Below, one piece after another: positions 13,461 to 25,483 of a stretch of DNA of 26,925 bases; position 1 is the first letter of the stretch; each line of letters begins with the position of its first letter. This stretch comes from Tubiluchus corallicola (Eukaryota; Animalia; Priapulida). A model generated the notes under the pieces. That model saw only the letters and a program-made list of their open reading frames with translations. It had not been told where the DNA came from and did not search any database. The stretch lies in assembly GCA_030141605.1 (NCBI GenBank), contig JAQGDQ010001747.1, positions 1-26,925 of the forward strand, read 5' to 3'. The position numbers were made by a program, and so were the translations under genes.

Positions 13461-14050
13461 ATTTGTTTCAACGTATCATTGAATAGAATGTATTGCTGCC
13501 GACCTAGAGGGTTAGTTCTATGAGTTTACACTACAGTAACAACCAATATTGTACTTATATTGCACTGAACATTATTATCCATATAATAAAACGATATTAT
13601 TTAGTATTATTTATTTAGAAAGGTAAAATTTTTGGTACTACATGAGTTTTGTTTACAGAAATTCCTTTAAAAATATCTTTCGCTTTTGCATTCCAGAAAA
13701 GCACAATTAATTTTTATCCGCGAGCAGATCTAGGAGCATCCTACCGATAATTTTCTTTCATAGTTATGTTAAAGATTTGGTTTTCTTAGGAAGCATGTTA
13801 AATCGCTCACGCAGAGAGGTGTGGTGGTATATACACTGGTATGGTGAACTGTGAAAGGTCACGGGTAAAGGGTCAAGGACACTGGACATGGGTCATTTTG
13901 AGTCTGGGTAATGCTAAAACTAAGCTGTTTAGAGGCACGAAACTTGTAGGGTAGAGACTCGCGCAAGAAGAGGTAAGGGCTCAGACAATTGGACTTGTTT
14001 AAGGGCTCAAGACTGGAACCCAAACTCACTGGGTAAACAACTCACTCTCG

Positions 14051-14627
14051 CTCGAGTAAACCGCACTGTACCAGGCATAGTCGAACGTTAATTAGCGCTC
14101 TGCACACGTGTCAGTCACACATGAGTGACTTGACCTACAGTTTTGGCTTGGGTAAGCCGCAGTGTACCAGGCATAGTCGAACGTTAATTAGCGCTCTGCA
14201 CATGTGTCAGTCACACATGAGTGACTTGACCTACAGTTTTGGCTCGAGTAAACCGCACTGTACCAGGCATAGTCGAACGTTAATTAGCGCTCTGCACACG
14301 TGTCAGTCACACATGAGTGACTTGACCTATAGTTTTGGCTTGGGTAAGCCCCAGTGTACCAGGCATAGTCAAACGTTAATTAGCGCTCTGCACACGTGTC
14401 AGTAACACATGAGTGACTTGACCTACAGTTTTGGCTTGAGTAAGCCGCACTGTACCAGGCATAGTCGAATGTTAATTAGCGCTCTGCACACGTGTCAGTC
14501 ACACATGAGTGTCTTGACCTACTGTTTTGGCTTGGGTAAGCCGCAGTGTACCAGGCATAGTCAAACGTTAATTAGCGCTCTGCACACGTGTTAGTCACAC
14601 ATGAGTGAGGTCATCTACAGTTCTGGC
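14051..14627 (+). repeat. 96-bp minisatellite, 6 copies, alternating variants
   Basis: Units start at 14051, 14147, 14243 etc.; ..gagtaa.ccgcac and cttgggtaagcc.cag variants alternate. Explains ORFs 14121..14594. Confidence 0.96.
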
Positions 14628-15101
14628 ATGTAGCAGACATAAACAAGTGTTAAATACAGTCATGCTCGCGGATTTGCATGTAAATTCATTCAGTTTTGTT
14701 GCAGTTCTTGCCGGTTGTCAAAATGTAGTATGAGTATTTTGACCAGTGACCACTGTTCTCCTATGCAATGGACAGAAGGAGGTAGAGCTGACCACTAAGA
14801 GCAGCACCCAGGTCTGTTTATTTCACAGCTAAAAATTGTAGAAAAGTTTAACAGCCGTGGGATTGGGGTTGCTTCGCACAAAGTAAGGCTAACCAACCAA
14901 TCAGCATCTGAAGCCAAGTTCATTCCACAATACTGTACTGTATGGTATGTTTCCACGTTAAATCACTTGTAGATCTTTGAAAAAACGTATGTTTAGTTGA
15001 TTGTACTGCATTCTTATGTAAAATGATTGCATATTATGGATTAGTATTGTGTCTTTTATGAAAACTGGTTTCTAAATATAAGTACATGCTTATTTGAGCA
15101 G

Positions 15102-15303
15102 GTGTGCACGTATGTGTGTGCGTGCGTGTGCATGTGTTGTGTGTGAGTGCATGTGTGTGTGCATTGTGTAAGTGCATGTGTGTGTGTGTGCATGTGTTGT
15201 GTGTGAGTGCATGTGTGTGTGTGTGTGTGCATGTGTTGTGTGTGAGTGCATGTGTGTGTGTGTGTGTGTGTGTGTTTGTGTGTGTGTACATGCGTGTGTG
15301 TGC

Positions 15304-15349
<46 letters not shown>
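15102..15349 (+). repeat. Imperfect (TG)n microsatellite
   Basis: Seen directly. Confidence 0.97.
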
Positions 15350-16109
15350 ATATGCATAAATGAAACTAATATTTAATATTAGTACTCAATAACAAACAAC
15401 TATTTGTTTATTTACAAGATTCTGTTTTAGTAACACACCACAAGAAGTTATTGTCAAATGTGCAAAAGTCAATGTGGTCCATTTTCTACATGAAATTATC
15501 TCTTGTTACACTTTAGTTTAAAATCTACACACGATCCCCGCGCAGCTGCCCCGCTTTATAAGATTTCATCCAGGAGACAATAAACTTCCCTTTTATGTTC
15601 CCTCCGTTACGTTTGTCATCATGAACAAGAAAAGGGGGGGGGAACAAACGAAAATGGTTTAAAATTGATTGCAATTAACATTCAATCAAATCAAGAAGAA
15701 AAAACTGTGTCGCCAGGGATATTCGCAGCTGCGCATGCGCGCGAAATGTAAATGTTTCGCACGCCCAGTTCTTGAACCGCCCTTACTTCGTACACCCCGT
15801 TGTCGTAGATCCGCCTTCAGAAATGAATTAGCATTCGGTTCATTACTCTACCTTCCATAAAACTGTTTGTGAGACCTTCATTTGAAAAAGAGTTAACACC
15901 TAGACGACTTAGTTGACGCATGCGCACTGGCAGGGAGGAATAAAATAGAGCAATAACTGATCGTCCAGGGATAAATAAAGTCAGTATTGTATGCATAAAC
16001 AATTTTATTGTTTACTGAAGCCAGAAATCTGTGCAGCGGATATTATGAGTTGGCTTCCTGTAATATGACCTTGAACTTCTCTTTTCACGAGGCGTTTGGA
16101 TTCTGTGGG

Positions 16110-16572
16110 TGTTGTTGTTGTTGCCGCTGTTGCTGCTGTTGTTGTTGTTGTTGTTGTTGTTGGTGTTAATATTGTTATTGTTGTGGTTGCTGATGTTGTT
16201 GTCATTGTTGTTGCTGTTGTTGTTGTTATTGTTGCTGCTGTTGCTGTTGTTGTTGTTGTTGACGCTCTTGTTGTTGTTATTGTTGCTGCTGCGCTGCTGT
16301 TGTTGTTGTTGTTTTTGTCATTTTTGCTGCTGCTACTGCTGCTGTTGTTATTGCTGTTGCTGTTGTTGTTGTTGTTGTTGTTATTGTTGTTGTTATTTTT
16401 GCTGCTGCTACTGCTGCTGTTGTTATTGCTGTTGCTCTTGCTGTTGTTGTCGTTGTTGTTGTTGACGCTCGTGTAGTTGTTGTTGCTGCTGCTGTTGTTA
16501 TTGTTGTTGCTGTTGTTGTTGCTGTTGCTGCTGTTGTTGCTGTTGTTGCTGCTGCTACTTTTGCTACTGCTG
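16110..16572 (+). repeat. Imperfect (GTT)n/(GCT)n microsatellite
   Basis: Seen directly. Confidence 0.96.
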
Positions 16573-16946
16573 TGACATTTTCAACAGTCGTTTGTTCAGT
16601 AATCGATCAGTAAAGCAGATTAAAATAACGCAAATGATCGATGGATTTAAATTTCTCGTTAAAACGAGTTTTCATTTTACGATATGATCTAGCCGTCACG
16701 AGTTTTATATGATAATTTATTTACTTAAACATGGCTTCTTCAGAAATATCCAGAAATACCTGCAGATACCTGGAAGATTCCGCGAGCAAAAATCCTAAGT
16801 TGCCGATGTCTTAGTGGGTGTGAAAAATGAGCAGTTGATTAGGAGTAATGATTGTACAGTGTTGTTGAGTAAGCAGGATGTACTGAGGTGAGCATGTCTG
16901 TACCACATGCTGCCAATGTGTAACACTCATTGACTAAGCAGAGAAC

Positions 16947-17715
16947 TCTTATTGATGTTGATGTTATTCGTGATTGGGATAGGTATTTGTAAGTATAAAT
17001 ATTTGTAAAACAAGAAACCGAAATGAATGAATGAATGAACAAATGAATGAATGGATGAATGAATGAATGAATGAATGAATGAATGAATGAATGAATGAAC
17101 GAACAAACGAATGAATGAATGAATAAGTGAATGAATGAATGAATGAATAAGTTAATGAATGAACGAATGAATGAACACCAAACAGGTGAAAACAATCTTA
17201 TTGTATGATAATGTTATAGATGCTTGGGATAGGGGATAGGTATCCAAGTATTTGTAAAACAAGAAACAGAAATGAATGAATGAATGAACAAATGAATGAA
17301 TGAATGAATGAATGAATGGATGGATGAATGAATGAATGAATGAATGAATGAATGAATGAATGAATGAATGAATGAATGATTAAATGAATGAATGAATGAA
17401 TGAATGAATGAATGAATGAATGAATGAATGAATGAATGAATGAATAAGTGAATGAATGAACGAATGAATGAACACCAAACAGGTGAAAACAGTCTTATTG
17501 TATGATGATGTTATTGAGGCTTGGGATAGATATCAAAGTATTTGCAAGACAAAAAAGAATGAATGAGTGAATGAGTGAATGAGTAAACGAATGAACGAAC
17601 GAACACACGTGTGAATGAATGAATGAATGAAAGAACGAATGAGTAAGTGAATGAGTGAACGAATGAATGAACACCAAAACAGTTAAAATTGATCTTATTG
17701 TAAGATGATGTTATC
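16947..17715 (+). repeat. Triplicated composite unit (~250, ~297, ~200 bp), each containing a (TGAA)n tract
   Basis: Anchor tcttattg..gatgttat recurs at ~16947, 17196, 17493 and 17693; ttgggatag and gaatgaacaccaaa recur in each unit. Confidence 0.88.
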
Positions 17716-17820
17716 GCAAGTAATTGCAATACAGGAAAGTAAAAGGAGCGAATGAGTGAATGACTGAATGAAGGATCGGCTGAAAAACTGACTGACGAAC
17801 TAACTAACTAACCATCTAAC

Positions 17821-17960
17821 TAGTTTAGTGGTTGTGTCCCCTTTCCGCCTGGATAGTTCGATACAGCGATCGGGTCACACTTGAAAAATGGTGTTGGCCT
17901 GATATTGCCCTGCCAGGCGCGTGGTATTTAGGGTAAAAGTGGGGTAATACTCGTCTCTGT
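17821..17960 (+). mobile_element. Degraded tRNA-derived SINE-like remnant
   Basis: A-box-like tagtttagtggtt and B-box-like agttcgatac, followed by cgggtcacac..ttgaaaaatggt..ccctgccaggcgc, reminiscent of invertebrate SINE central domains (from memory, not searched). Confidence 0.4.
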
Positions 17961-18152
17961 TATGTAGTTATAGGTTGTTATTTACAGTCTGTATGGAGCT
18001 CGTGTTAATTACATTCTTGACGGAGACGGTAAGCGGAACGCGGAAAGTTCTCTGCATTTCACGATTTCTATGAATAGATTTTGATTGAAACACGCAATAC
18101 GATTTGCATTTTTTGCATAATTTGCATTTATTTTAATACTTATAAATTAGCT

Positions 18153-18694
<542 letters not shown>

Positions 18695-18867
18695 GATGGG
18701 TCATTCAGTGAGTAAGTTAGCAAGTCAGCTAGTTAGTTTGAAAAATAAGCCAACATCTTGTACCATACACAGGGCTACATAGTCGGAAGTGTGTAGGATG
18801 AAATAACATTGTAACACGTGCATCACGTGTCTTTGAGTTGGCACGCCTATTTGCAATAAAACTATGC

Positions 18868-19290
18868 ACTAACCAAACATACAGGTTGACTCAAAAATAA
18901 TAGTAGATTTTCATAAATTTATCATACTAATCAAACGTACAGTGTGACTCAAAAATAATAATAATACACTTTCACAAAAATATCATAGCAATCAATCGTG
19001 CAGGGTGACTTAAAAATAATAACACAGTTTAATAAATTTATTTTACTAATCAATGTACAGGGTGACTCAGTGGTACAGGGTGATTCAGAAATAATAATAC
19101 ACTTTCACAAAAATATCATACTAATCAATCATACAGGGTGACTTAAAAATAATAACACAGTTTTATAAATTTATTTTACTAATCAATGTACAGGGTGACT
19201 CAGTGGTACTGGGTGATCAAAAATAATAATAATACTGTTTCACAAATTTATTATACTAATCAATCGTAAAGGGTGACTTAAAAATAATAG
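18868..19290 (+). repeat. Tandem array of a Tc1/mariner-TIR-like motif (ta-cagggtgactcaaaaataata)
   Basis: Motif at ~18882, 18940, 19001, 19058, 19076, 19134, 19191, 19209 and 19269, with a 133-bp higher-order period. Confidence 0.8.
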
Positions 19291-19973
19291 TAAAATCGCG
19301 AAGCCTTTATTTAAGTATTAAAAGAGCCTTTAGATAGATGCCTCAAAATTTTATTCTGATTATTTATTTTACTTAGTTGAAAACTTTTAATAATTAATGA
19401 TCAATAATAGTTAATAACTAATACTACTTAATGATTAATAATTGTTAATTTATGTAAACAAGGAGAAAGAGAACGACAAGAATGAACATGTTTTGTGTTT
19501 TACCTAATGAGTAATTACTCAACTGAAAACAAATTTTAATCTGTGAATGAAAGAAATCAATTTAAATTCACATATTAATTAAAATCAGGGTAAATTAACA
19601 AAAATAAAATGTTTATTGCTTTATTGTTCATTGTTCATTGTTAATTTATTTTCTTTTGGGGTGAAATATCGTGCAAAAGAATAATTCACTGTTAATCGTA
19701 ATATTTCACAATTATTCGTTGTGTTAAAGCAAGCTGACGTCAGCAATTGCCATGCTTTAGGGGGTTTACGGGCTTAACTGGGCCGTCTACACTTACGCCC
19801 TAATGGCCAAAAATAGGCATGTATCAGCTGGGCTATTGGGGCGGCATGTTGAGGATCCAATTAAGCCTTGAAACCCGGCTAAGCATGGCAACTGGTGATA
19901 TGTAACGTAAAGATTTTTATAAGTAACAGCGAAGTATTTTGCTTTTTTCAATTAAAACAAATTTTGACGTTGG

Positions 19974-21098
19974 CAATCAATGTTTTCTCGGTGCAAGTAA
20001 GCACATACAAATGTATTGTTGACAATCAATGTTTTCTCGGTGCAAGTAAGCACATATAAATGTATTGTTGACAATCAATGTTTTCTCGGTGCAAGTAAGC
20101 ACATATAAATGTATTGTTGACAATCAAAGTTTTCTCGGTGCAAGTAAGCACATACAAATGTATTGTTGACAATCAATGTTTTCTCGGTGCAACTAAGCAC
20201 ATATAAATGTATTGTTGACAATCAATGTTTTCTCGGTGCAACTAAGCACATATAAATGTATTGTTGACAATCAATGTTTTCTCGGTGCAAGTAAGCACAT
20301 ATAAATGTATTGTTGACAATCAATGTTTTCTCGGTGCAAGTAAGCACATACAAATGTATTGTTGACAATCAATGTTTTCTCGGTGCAACTAAGCACATAT
20401 AAATGTATTGTTGACAATCAATGTTTTCTCGGTGCAAGTAAGCACATACAAATGTATTGTTGACAATCAATGTTTTCTCGGTGCAACTAAGCACATATAA
20501 ACGTATTGTTGACAATCAATGTTTTCTCGGTGCAAGTAAGCACATACAAATGTATTGTTGACAATCAATGTTTTCTCGGTGCAACTAAGCACATATAAAC
20601 GTATTGTTGACAATCAATGTTTTCTCGGTGCAAGTAAGCACATACAAATGTATTGTTGACAATCAATGTTTTCTCGGTGCAACTAAGCACATATAAACGT
20701 ATTGTTGACAATCAATGTTTTCTCGGTGCAAGTAAGCACATACAAATGTATTGTTGACAATCAATGTTTTCTCGGTGCAACTAAGCACATATAAACGTAT
20801 TGTTGACAATCAATGTTTTCTCGGTGCAAGTAAGCACATACAAATGTATTGTTGACAATCAATGTTTTCTCGGTGCAACTAAGCACATATAAACGTATTG
20901 TTGACAATCAATGTTTTCTCGGTGCAAGTAAGCACATACAAATGTATTGTTGACAATCAATGTTTTCTCGGTGCAACTAAGCACATATAAACGTATTGTT
21001 GACAATCAATGTTTTCTCGGTGCAAGTAAGCACATACAAATGTATTGTTGACAATCAATGTTTTCTCGGTGCAACTAAGCACATATAAATGTATTGTT
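19974..21098 (+). repeat. Highly homogeneous 49-bp minisatellite, ~23 copies
   Basis: Unit caatcaatgttttctcggtgcaa(g/c)taagcacata(c/t)aaa(t/c)gtattgttga; the two variants alternate regularly in the right half. Confidence 0.98.
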
Positions 21099-21177
21099 TG
21101 TTTTAAAAATGTTTGTTTGTCCTCTGTACCTACAGGAAGCAGTTATTAATACATAAATGAGTCATTTCCTGTATTTG

Positions 21178-21872
21178 TTAAGCACATGAAAAACCCTCCA
21201 CTTACTTAAAGCTTAAAAATCTTCTTGAAATTTTATACCACTTACTTGCTGTCTTTTTGCATATTAGACTTGCGTCGGCAGTAACGTTGTACAAAACGTG
21301 TAAATTTAAACTCCCGCGATGACTGTTAGATGCAGCCATTTTGATGGTAGGTCGTTTGAAACAAGTTTAGATAACATTTTGTAAAGTTTGAAAAAATAAT
21401 CAGAGCATTCGTAGCGCACACGTCACTAACTAAGTAAAATTTAAAATTACTGTATCTTGTCAATAAGATTAAAAATACATTTTTGGTTAGTGAGTGGTGC
21501 ACCCTGGAGGGTGAGTCAGCGTCATTTTACCATTTGGTGAAAGCATTTTAAATAATTAATAATTTTCTTTTCTAGTTACATGAGTCTTTCAAGCAGGTAA
21601 GCGAAAATATGAGTAATATAAATTTGCATGGAAAGTCTTTTGGGTCATAATTTAACATTTCCTTTTCTTCCCCTGACTTACGTTGTGCGAATATGACGTC
21701 ATGTAATGGCGTGGTTCACAACAGTATTGTGGGAGATTTAAAATGAAGACAAAGAAAAATTCCTTTCAACGCCAGTACAATATACGCGTTAAATTGCTGT
21801 AAAATATAATATAATTTTCTAAGGCGTTTTTTTCTGAAACCTACTTCAAATACCCGTTGTCTTGTCCTTTAA
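21178..21872 (+). mobile_element. Family B non-autonomous DNA transposon (Kolobok-like), longest copy (~695 bp)
   Basis: TTAA at both ends. The right end gtcttgtcct|ttaa reads ttaa|aggacaagac on the minus strand, similar to the left ends ttaagcacatgaaaa, ttaaagtaccaagaaaa and ttaaatcacaacagaa. TTAA targets with purine-purine termini are typical of Kolobok. No ORF. Confidence 0.7.
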
Positions 21873-21939
21873 ATAGAACAAACATTGGATATCAAGTTCA
21901 CAGCCGTCATTTTCTCAATAAACCTAAGCACGTGAGTGT

Positions 21940-21966
21940 GTGTCTTTATTTTTGAACCACCCTGTA
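21940..21966 (-). mobile_element. Tc1/mariner-like terminal inverted repeat with TA flank
   Basis: Minus strand reads ta|cagggtggttcaaaaataaagacac. Confidence 0.55.
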
Positions 21967-22009
21967 CAAACAGAATTAAAATGTGCTTAACACACGAAGA
22001 TGGACTTAC

Positions 22010-22127
22010 CTGCTGACCGCTCGGCTCTCACACCACAAACAGTTGCTAGAAATGCAATGGTAAAAACGAGTATTACCACTCTCCATCCAAAAGAGCCATC
22101 TATATGAACCCCTCGTATGCACAACAT
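22010..22127 (-). CDS. First coding exon of a secreted or membrane protein: MLCIRGVHIDGSFGWRVVILVFTIAFLATVCGVRAERSA plus a phase-1 intron
   Basis: aaacATG context; 39 codons + 1 nt with no stop; basic residue then hydrophobic core VVILVFTIAFLATVC; V-R-A-like cleavage motif; consensus donor CAG|GTAAGT (22009-22004). The protein family is not identifiable. Confidence 0.72.
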
Positions 22128-22224
22128 GTTTAGATTTCACTAACAGAAACACCTTCCGACAAAAATCTACGAGTTCGAGTCTCTCAAGTGTATTTTTCTC
22201 TATTTTTTAATGCGAAATTAGCAA

Positions 22225-22420
22225 AATGCGTCGCCTAGTTACGGAATTCATTCAAAATTCTGTGTAGCAGGAAGTTTTGGAAGCGTTTCGAGGCGTAGGC
22301 AAGTTTCAAATAAACTATCGTCTATGTCGCGCGCTTGTGTGTTTCATACTCAGCAGTGACGTCACGCATCACGTGACATGACTCTCGGGAAGTGCTAGGT
22401 ATGTTTCTCAGTAGGCGGAG
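22225..22420. promoter_or_regulatory. Candidate promoter: CpG-rich patch with CRE, E-box (CLEAR-like) and ETS-like motifs
   Basis: GTGACGTCAC at 22356-22365, ATCACGTGAC at 22368-22377 and caggaagt near 22268, all 140-250 bp upstream of the ATG on the minus strand. Confidence 0.55.
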
Positions 22421-22694
22421 TAGGTCATTTTCACAAGTACTGGTACTGCAAAGGTAAACAGGATATGGGTAGGGTTAATTTGACGTAAACATGGTATAAT
22501 AATCCAGGAACGTGAGGTATTTATAGAGTTATTATTATTATTTCATACATTATTCACTGTTACCATTTCAGTAATTGCTCGCATACCAGAGGAAGTTTCA
22601 CGGGGGTGGGGTGGGGGGTGAGGGGGGGTCAGACAGTGGCGTATCAAGATTTCACAACGCCCTAGGCTAATAGAACTGTTCCGAACATCTATAT

Positions 22695-23150
22695 CCCTTT
22701 CAGTCCCAAATTATTTGTTTAATAAGAAAAAATTTTTGGCTTGGTACTTTTGTTCAGTATATCCATCTTGTTTACATATAATAATTTTTTTCTACCTGTG
22801 CCCGCGTGCTAAATATAGCCTGTATCCCACGGGATACATTGGGATTCAATGGAAGCATAAAATGTGCTTCATTTTGCAACTGCTGATAATTTTTTAAAGT
22901 ATTTAAGACATTTAGTATGCACGCTATGCTGATCTGTACAAAGTCGTCTCTAAAGTACTGTACCTTGCACAGTTTTTTATGCTATGTAGATTTTCTAGTT
23001 TGCCATTTTATCACCATTTTTAGTCTATTGTTATTGGCTTAAATCAAAATAACTAATAACAGATCAAATAACTGTCAGTTTTAAAATTTTATTAATTTTG
23101 AAGGCAGAAAATATTCTCGTATCCCACGGGATACAACAGGTATGAAAGGG
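22695..23150. mobile_element. piggyBac-like MITE (456 bp) with ATAT flanks
   Basis: atat|ccctttca ... tgaaaggg|atat; near-palindrome gtatcccacgggatac at 22822-22837 and 23119-23134; no credible ORF. Confidence 0.7.
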
Positions 23151-24212
23151 ATATTGTGAATTCATGATTGCTTATGTACTGAACAATTATTTGTGGTGTG
23201 TTAGTTAAGCTATCAATAACCTAGTTTCTATAATCTACATCAGTGGTCTTCAACCTTTTTTACTGTCGTCCACCCCTAGTGGTGATTACGTAGAAGCTGT
23301 CCATCCTCCCACCCAGAAAAAATCTCACGTTTTTAATATTTGAAATCTACGTTTCATATCTCACTTCTATGCTATGTAAAAAGAAAAAAGCAGTTTCTCT
23401 TATTTTTTATTTACATTTTACATGATCGTTGCTCATTACGTGTATATGAACTGCTTTTATATATACGAAGGTTGGATAACTGCTTGTTGTGTATTACTTA
23501 GTACTTGTTCGTTATACGGCACTTATATAACACTGGTCTCACGAACTGCCTGTGGTGTGTTATACAATGTTTGTTTTATATGAATATGAACGGATAAATT
23601 CAATAGCAACCCCCCCCCTCCCCGCCTCGTACGCCCGCTGCAGAAGCCTGTAATTTTAACAGATCCAGAACAATCTGCTTGTAAACAGCTTCCTTTGGGG
23701 GAGGAGGGAGGAGGCGGTTAAAGAGGCAAACACGTCCACATGGGTTCAAAACCTCTAGCTGTCGTTTTTTATTTTACACAAGGAAAACACCAGAAAAAGA
23801 TGTCTTTTTCGCTTCATCTAATAAACCAAATACTTGAAACGCCATTAAATGTTTTTAATTAAGTTTTTTAAAAGTTTCCAAAGTTTTTCAGCCATTTTAA
23901 TAGTTTGAAAAGGATTGATAATGACTGACGATAGACAAGGAAAAATAATGTATTTGGCTTCACAAAGTGTATAGCCAGGCATCCTAGAATTGTTCATCAA
24001 AGCAAAGTCAGTACTGGCTTACCTGAGTTATGCTTAATTATTAGTCATTAGGAGGGTAAACAGGTAATTAAAAGAGCAGCAGCTGATCAACCTGTGATGA
24101 GTTTCCGCTGAAAGGTTGCGATATTTAATGATAGATTGGTCAAATGAATTGCATTCCGATCATTGTTTACATTAGTTGCTGTACTGCAGATCAGCAGAAC
24201 CACAACTGTAGT

Positions 24213-25085
24213 TGTACGTTGTATGCTATATACGTTGTATACTGTTTACGTTATACACTGTTTACATTATATACTGTTTATATTATATACTGTTTATGTT
24301 ATATACTGTTTATGTTATATACTGTTTATGTTATGTACTATATACGTTATATGCTGTATACGTTGTAAACTGTATACGTTATATACTATATAGGTTATAT
24401 ACTGTTTATGTTATATACTGTATACGTTGTATACTATATACGTTATATACTATATACGTTATATACTGTATACGTTGTATACTATATAGGTTATATACTA
24501 TATACGTCATATACTGTATACGTTGTATACTATATACGTTGTATACTATATACGTTATATACTATATACGTTATATACTGTATACGTTGTATACTATATA
24601 GGTTATATACTATATACGTTATATACTGTACACGTTATATACTATACAGGTTATATACTGTTTACGTTATATACTGTATACGTTGTATACTATACACGTT
24701 ATATACTATATACGTTATATACTGCATACGTTGTATACTATATAGGTTATATACTGTTTACGTTATATACTGTATACGTTATAAACTGTATACGTTGTAT
24801 ACTATATAGGTTATATACTGTTTACGTTATATACTGTATACGTTATAAACTGTATACGTTGTATACTATATAGGTTATATACTGTATACGTTATATACTG
24901 TTTACGTTATATACTGTTTATGTTATATGCTGTATACGTTATATTCTCTATACGTTATATACTGTATACGTTATGTACTATATACGTTACACACTGTTTA
25001 TGTTATATACTATATACGTTATACATCGTTTACGTTATATACTGTATACGTTATTCACTGTATACCTTATATACTACATACGTTT
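24213..25085 (+). repeat. 16-bp minisatellite (atactgtatacgttat), ~54 units
   Basis: Seen directly; explains ORFs 24144..24873. Confidence 0.96.
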
Positions 25086-25483
25086 TAAACGGAATTTGAT
25101 GTGCACACGTTATATATTATTATCAGTTGTAATTTAACAAAAATCAGGAAACAAGCAAGAATGCTATACTGATCAGAAGATGCACATCATCATCATCATC
25201 ATCATCATAATGATCAGCATCAGCATCATCGTTCGTCAGCATCATCAACATCAATATTGTCAATATGGACTTATTAATAATACGTGTTACGTATTATTAA
25301 TATATTTTACCCCTGTTAGTTAATAGATTCAATTCAGTTTGCCATCAACACCACCACCACTATCACCATCAACACCACCACCACCAACACCTACACAACC
25401 ACCACCACCACCACCAACAACAACACCACTACCAACGCCACCACGAACAACACCACTACCACCAACACCACTACCACCATCAA
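24882..25483 (+). repeat. Left arm of a long inverted repeat (portion matched within the window)
   Basis: 24882-25359 is the reverse complement of 26448-26925 with one mismatch noticed (25066/26741); ~25400-25483 matches rc of 26327-26410. Confidence 0.97.

Noticed and set aside
14121-14594. Cys/His-containing 32-aa repeat ORFs resembling zinc fingers
   Set aside because: Spacing does not fit the C2H2 consensus, in-frame stops occur at ~14403 and ~14592, and the 96-bp unit explains the ORFs.
14829-14882. Plus-strand 54-nt exon candidate (tttcacag|...LKIVEKFNSRGIGVASHK|gtaagg)
   Set aside because: Good splice signals, but isolated, with no recognisable protein or linked plus-strand gene; could be chance.
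19974-21098. CRISPR-like regular array
   Set aside because: Head-to-tail 49-bp units with no unique spacers, no cas genes and a eukaryotic context.
22634-23640. hAT-like MITEs (cagtggcgta...tacgcccgctg; cagtggtcttcaacctt at 23241)
   Set aside because: The termini are suggestive but imperfect and no 8-bp TSD was found; not supportable without a repeat library.
24144-24873. Tyr/Ile/Cys-rich ORFs
   Set aside because: Translation of the 16-bp minisatellite.
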